From Tubiluchus corallicola (lineage: Eukaryota; Animalia; Priapulida), in assembly GCA_030141605.1 (NCBI GenBank), contig JAQGDQ010000212.1, forward strand, positions 248,001 through 312,000: a stretch of 64,000 nt of DNA, given 5' to 3'. Numbering within the stretch: the stretch's first letter is position 1; the number at the start of each line of letters is the position of its first letter. The position numbers and the translations under genes were made by a program. The notes beneath the pieces were generated by a model, which saw only the letters and a list, made by a program, of their open reading frames with translations, did no database searches and was not told the origin of the DNA. Below are positions 59,170-64,000 of this stretch, one piece after another.

Positions 59170-60044
59170 ACAGTGTAAAGGTACGATATACGTAATGCGT
59201 GATGCGTGGTCCTTAATGCGTATACAGCAGTTTATATTTAAACATGTAGAAATGTTTAAATGTGTACTTAATGCGTAATCGGCAATGCGTGATGCGTGAT
59301 CCTTAATGCGAATACAACAGTTAATATTTAAACATGTAGAAATGTTTCCGTGTGTACGTAATGCGTAATCCATAATGCGTGATGCGTGATCCATATACAT
59401 TTGAACATGATCACTATCGTCCGAATACACATCACGCAGCAAAACGCAGACCGTAAACCACCCGTTGTCTAGGAGATTATAGAGAGTTTTCAAGTTCCCG
59501 GTTACCATATTCACTGTTTACCTTTCTGAAAATTCTAGTTGGGTGAGTTTTTGGTTAGTTTAGGACGTATAAACAATAATGTTTTTTCTATTTGAGTTTT
59601 TGAGAGATCGAGGAAGCATATAGTTATGTGCAGTGCGTTTAACTGCAGTTCTTTCACTATGATAGCTGGCACAATGTTCTCTCCCTTGCAAAATGTTGTG
59701 CACCCAAAACCTGTGCCTTCTCTTCTGTCTAATTGTACAATAATAAACTAATGGCGCAGCTGTAATTATCACGCTTAAATTTTGACAGAGACATGGTTTC
59801 CAAAAATTATTGCTTGCAATTTTCACGAATAACGACCAAAATGGCGGAAAGAGCGCCGGGGAGTTTTACCAACACGCAAAGCGTCCACGGACACATGGAA
59901 ACAGTCAACATGCATCACACATTACGGCAGGGCCTATTTCAGGGGGTGGAGGTGGGGATACTTCCCCGGGGCCTCACCCTCCAGGGAGGCCTCGCGCCAA
60001 GGTAACATTTTTTTACTTTATGCGAACATACTGCCTCCTCTCTC

Positions 60045-60095
<51 letters not shown>

Positions 60096-60375
60096 AGGCA
60101 CGCACGCCGTTTGCCAGTATTGACAAGTATTAAGGACTGGTCTTGAAATAAAGCAATTTTTCTTTCAATTATTCTTTCCTTTAACAACTGTATAACTCCA
60201 TATTTTCTCTTCGAAAGTGCTTCTCCGGCGTTCTAGCAGTTCAAAAATTATCTGGGCGCCAACCATGGTGGCGACCCCACCCCCGAGGGGGCCTCACACG
60301 CCCCACTTCCCCGGGCCTCACTTAGACTGAAAATAGGCCCTGCATTACGGACCCATTACGCTAGGTGCACATGGA
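59170..60375 (-). mobile_element. Decayed Harbinger-like element (transposase N-terminal relic) interrupted by the hAT MITE
   Basis: Minus-strand peptide RQKRRHRFWVHNILQGRE resembles the RRxWVH N-terminus of Harbinger transposases. Repeated TAATGCGTGATGCGTG units on the left and CATTACG units on the right. Confidence 0.45.
59928..60342. mobile_element. hAT-type MITE
   Basis: TIRs CAGGGCCTATTT(T)CAG; perfect 8-bp TSD CATTACGG at 59920-59927 and 60343-60350. Confidence 0.9.
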
Positions 60376-61279
60376 TTCGTAGCTATAGTATTAGCAGGTT
60401 TAAAAACATTCGTTACCATCGATACCTATGCGTAATAAACACATATACACAATTTTCATTGTTTAATATTATTTTAATTGTAATATTTTGTTTCAAATTA
60501 CAACGCGCACTTAACCAATACGTATCTGTGCGTTTCTTCTAAACCCTGTGACTATTTTTGTTCATTGACAATGATTCACTGTTTTTATTTATTTTATTGC
60601 AATATTTTTATGGGCGTCAAATAACTAAACTAAACTAATAAATTATTTAGACACAGTAAGATAATTAAAGTAATATAAGCAAAAGGTCAATTTGGGCATT
60701 TTGATTGTCCATTTTATATCAGACTTCGCAGGAATGTTCTGCCCACTTGATTAATAATTAAAACACCACAACTTTATTAAAACTTTTAATTTACATAGTT
60801 AAAAATCGTGTCAAAGTTGTACAACAAGTTCTCAAGCCGTTCACACTTTGCAACTTTACTCACAGAGAGAAGCTGCACAACAACTTGCGAGAGAAGTCTA
60901 TGTTTAAATGCGCCATGACATGGATTAGAAATAAAGAAAAATATAATGAAGAAAAATGTAGAACAGATAGATATTATACGTCTATAATATAATAGATATA
61001 TAGAAACTAACGTTCGAAACACACAAACTTAGTTAAACCCATTGCAATGGTCAGAACTGCTTGTCATAATGACGTCACAATAGCGTGACGTTGATAGTGT
61101 TGAAGCTTGGCAACACTGTGATAAATGAAAACGAACTATTATAAGCGTAAATGGAATGAAATTTACAAAAAAACGAGAGGGTTTTAATTCTACCTTTCTC
61201 AACAAAAAGAAATATTTTAAAGAACATGGTAATCAAACGTAATAAAAAATGAAGACTTATACATTAGAACAAAAGAAAT

Positions 61280-61560
61280 TCCTTGAAGTACAAAAGTCAT
61301 GCTACGAAGATCAATATGGTAGAACACATATTCAGATTACCAAATGAAACACAAGTAAGAATAGTCTTAAAAGAAGCCTTAAATCCTTGCAAAAAACTAA
61401 CCGGCAAACCAAAAACATTGTTCCGAGATGTGAAAATGTACAACTTCAACATACTCAAACATTAGCAGAAGAAGTTATGCTGTTAACTGCAGATATGAGT
61501 TAGTGGAATGCCCTTATAAATGGTAATGCCTCAAGGTCTACAACAGGCGATATGAAATCT
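61280..61560 (+). mobile_element. RTE-like LINE C-terminal relic
   Basis: HIFRLPNETQVRIVLKEAL....KLTGKPKTL resembles the GH..R...GRP segment of RTE-group ORFs. A YADD-containing relic (QQYADDIGWI) lies at ~62416-62446. Confidence 0.45.
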
Positions 61561-62323
61561 TGAACAAAAAGTTTTCTCAACAAATTTGCAGAACTGGAAC
61601 AGAGAAAGAGGCAAGCCTAGACGCGATTCCAAAAAAGGTTTTACTTTTTATTTATTTTTCTTGATTTTTTGCACACCAGGAGCACCTAAATTTGATGGTG
61701 ATCATTTAATTTACAGATGTCGTCTTCCACAAATCTCATATCTCTAGTTTAGATTCTCGCTGTGATATCGGAGATTTCAAAAGGCATGTATGCCAGATGC
61801 GCCAGAAGACACAGGCCAGTGTAACAAGAACACCAAAGATGGACGTAAGTACAGACATGTCTGCCTTCGATGCACGAAGCACACTGATGAATCTATGATG
61901 AAAAATTTCATGAGACACACGACGAAATTTTTAATTCAAACAATGTTGCAAAATCGGGAATTTCTATAAAGAGAACTGACAAGGAACTGTAGCAGCGGCT
62001 GAGATACACAGGTGCTCAAGAATTCAATCTATCATATCTAGAGTGGTGCTTGTCAGCTACACAGTTTTCATCTGCATATTTTTCTAAACAAAGAAGCACT
62101 GTATTGTTGTTTTTGAAGCCCCTGAGTTAAATTAGGTAGAAAAATTAAAATGCTTAAAATACTTGTACCTATTTTGGCATAATTGGTTTTGCACTGCTTG
62201 TGTAGTTCTTTACCCAAAAACAAACGTTCTTATTAAGTGATTTGTTAGTTTAATTTTTGGCTTTAGCTTGTTTTTTGTTGTTGTTGTTATCCATCTTTCT
62301 CTTTCTAAGACTATAGTACTAAT

Positions 62324-62383
<60 letters not shown>

Positions 62384-62509
62384 CGTCAGACTCTAATACG
62401 TCACTCCTAACAGACCAACAGTACGCCGACGATATTGGGTGGATTAGTATTTCAAAATTCCACACAGATGCCGTTAAAGGACAACCCTACCCATTCTTAA
62501 ATATATTAA

Positions 62510-63075
62510 AATACTTACAAGGGAAGGTAGACTATTTATAGGCATAAAGATAAACTGGCTTGGAAAAACAAAACAGAAATTATATTTTATATTTACAAGG
62601 GTAGGCAGACTGTTTATTGAAACAAAGCTAAACTGGCCCTTAAAGAACAAAACAGAAATTATCACTTTTTATATTTACACGGGTAGGCAAGTTATTTATA
62701 GAGACAAAGCTAGACTGGCCTTGGAAAGGATAAACAGAAATTATCATTTTTTTATATTTACAAAGCTAGGTAGACTATTATAGACACAAAACTAAATTGG
62801 CCTTGGAAAGAGCAAGACAGAAAACTCATAACTGTTTTTACATCTGCATGCGTACGTAGGCTATTTTTGATACAAAGATAAAAAGTTGCCTGGGAAAAAC
62901 AGATATTATCACTTTTTTACACTTGCAGTGGTACGCATATACACTTGCACAGTTATACTCGTATACAGCAAATACCTGGCCTTGACAAAACGGCGCAGAA
63001 ATTATCATTTTTACACCACAAATAAAGTGACGAGAGGCCTTGAAAAAAAGGAACAGAAATTATCATTTTTACATC
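62510..63075. repeat. ~80-bp degenerate tandem repeat, ~7 copies
   Basis: Recurring GGCCTT...CAGAAATTATCA.TTTT..A.ATTTACA...GTAGG, beginning just inside a TTAA|AGGACAA terminus at ~62474. Confidence 0.7.
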
Positions 63076-63147
63076 AATGAGGTGACGGACCATATTACAC
63101 ATATCAGAGTCCACATTAATGTGTGTAATAGATTGTCTTAATTAGTG

Positions 63148-63981
63148 AGTATTCTACTGAAAAGTGTCTTCTTAATGCTCAAACAGAAAGTGGAATGTCT
63201 TTTCATAATCTCAAAATAGATTTTGCTATAAAAATGTTTCACCGAACGGCTGAGCTAACGATAAGAATAACTTTGGTTGCTGACCAGAAAGTTCCGTCGA
63301 TGCATTATAGGTTTTACACGTCAAATGTAGACACACGAAAGTTCAAATGTGACTCAGTAAAGTCAAATGTAGACATAGGAATTTCGAATGGGTTTTGGTA
63401 ACTCAAATGTGACTTAGGTAAGTCAAATGTAGATGTGGTACTTTGAATAAATCGGTAATTAATTCATTTAAGTGCAAATTAACCAAGTTAAAATTATATT
63501 TTATGGTCATGGTGCTATCGGCAGCATCAATTTTTATTATATTTAATTGATTTACAACTATTTGTATGGACGTTAATACATTTTTCAAATGTAAAGAAAA
63601 TGTTTATTTGATAAGAACACTTAAGTGTTGTACATACGTTAACAATTTACTTGACATGTGTCTGCATTTGACTTACCAAAAACGCTTAATATTTTTTGAA
63701 AGCCATTGTTAACACATTTGCTAAGTCTACATTTGAGTTAGGAAGACACATTTGAATTACCTAAACCTACATTTGAGTTTACATTTGACATTTAAAAGCT
63801 ATAATAGACCTTATTGCATCGATGGAACTTTCTGATCAGCAGCCAAAGTTATTCTTATCCTTAGCTCAGCTGATGAGCCCCGTTCGGTGAAATCTTTTTA
63901 TAACAAAATCTATTTTGAGATTATGAAAAGACATTCCACTTTCTGTTTCAGCATAAAGAAGACACTTTTCAGTAGAATACT
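63148..63981. mobile_element. Long-TIR foldback/MITE
   Basis: AGTATTCTACTGAAAAGTGTCTTC... is the inverse of ...GAAGACACTTTTCAGTAGAATACT over ~170 bp, continued by TCAAATGT / ACATTTGA subterminal repeats. Confidence 0.85.
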
Positions 63982-64000
63982 AATGATAAAACATTGAAAA

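Overview
AT-rich, intron-rich, microsatellite-laden animal nuclear DNA, probably an invertebrate bilaterian. TTAGGG-type repeats are present; there are no prokaryotic features and no CRISPR. I reconstructed two + strand spliced genes by hand. (1) A complete 19-exon M1 zinc aminopeptidase (aminopeptidase N-like, type II membrane protein, 983 aa, 23298-49955) with an atypical FGMEN exopeptidase motif and a GC-AG intron. (2) A 6-exon cytosolic sulfotransferase (53744-58144) whose exon 2 carries a 1-nt frameshift. A candidate minus-strand first exon and CpG-rich promoter lie near 15.2-15.8 kb. The rest is mostly transposon-derived: TTAA-flanked Kolobok-like elements, hAT, Harbinger, Tc1/mariner (a DD41D fragment, a Tc2-like MITE), RTE/CR1/RTEX-like LINE ends, tRNA-like SINE heads, foldback hairpins and minisatellites. 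The most striking observation is a retroposon body present twice: fused to a near-complete 5S rRNA inside a 10-bp target-site duplication (58393-58948), and 'headless' with its own 7-bp TSD, starting at the 5S junction (40434-40873). This may be a snapshot of a 5S-derived SINE forming by template switching. Most long ORFs in the supplied track are simple-repeat artefacts. All coordinates are hand-counted and may be off by a few bases; family names are from motif recognition, not database searches.
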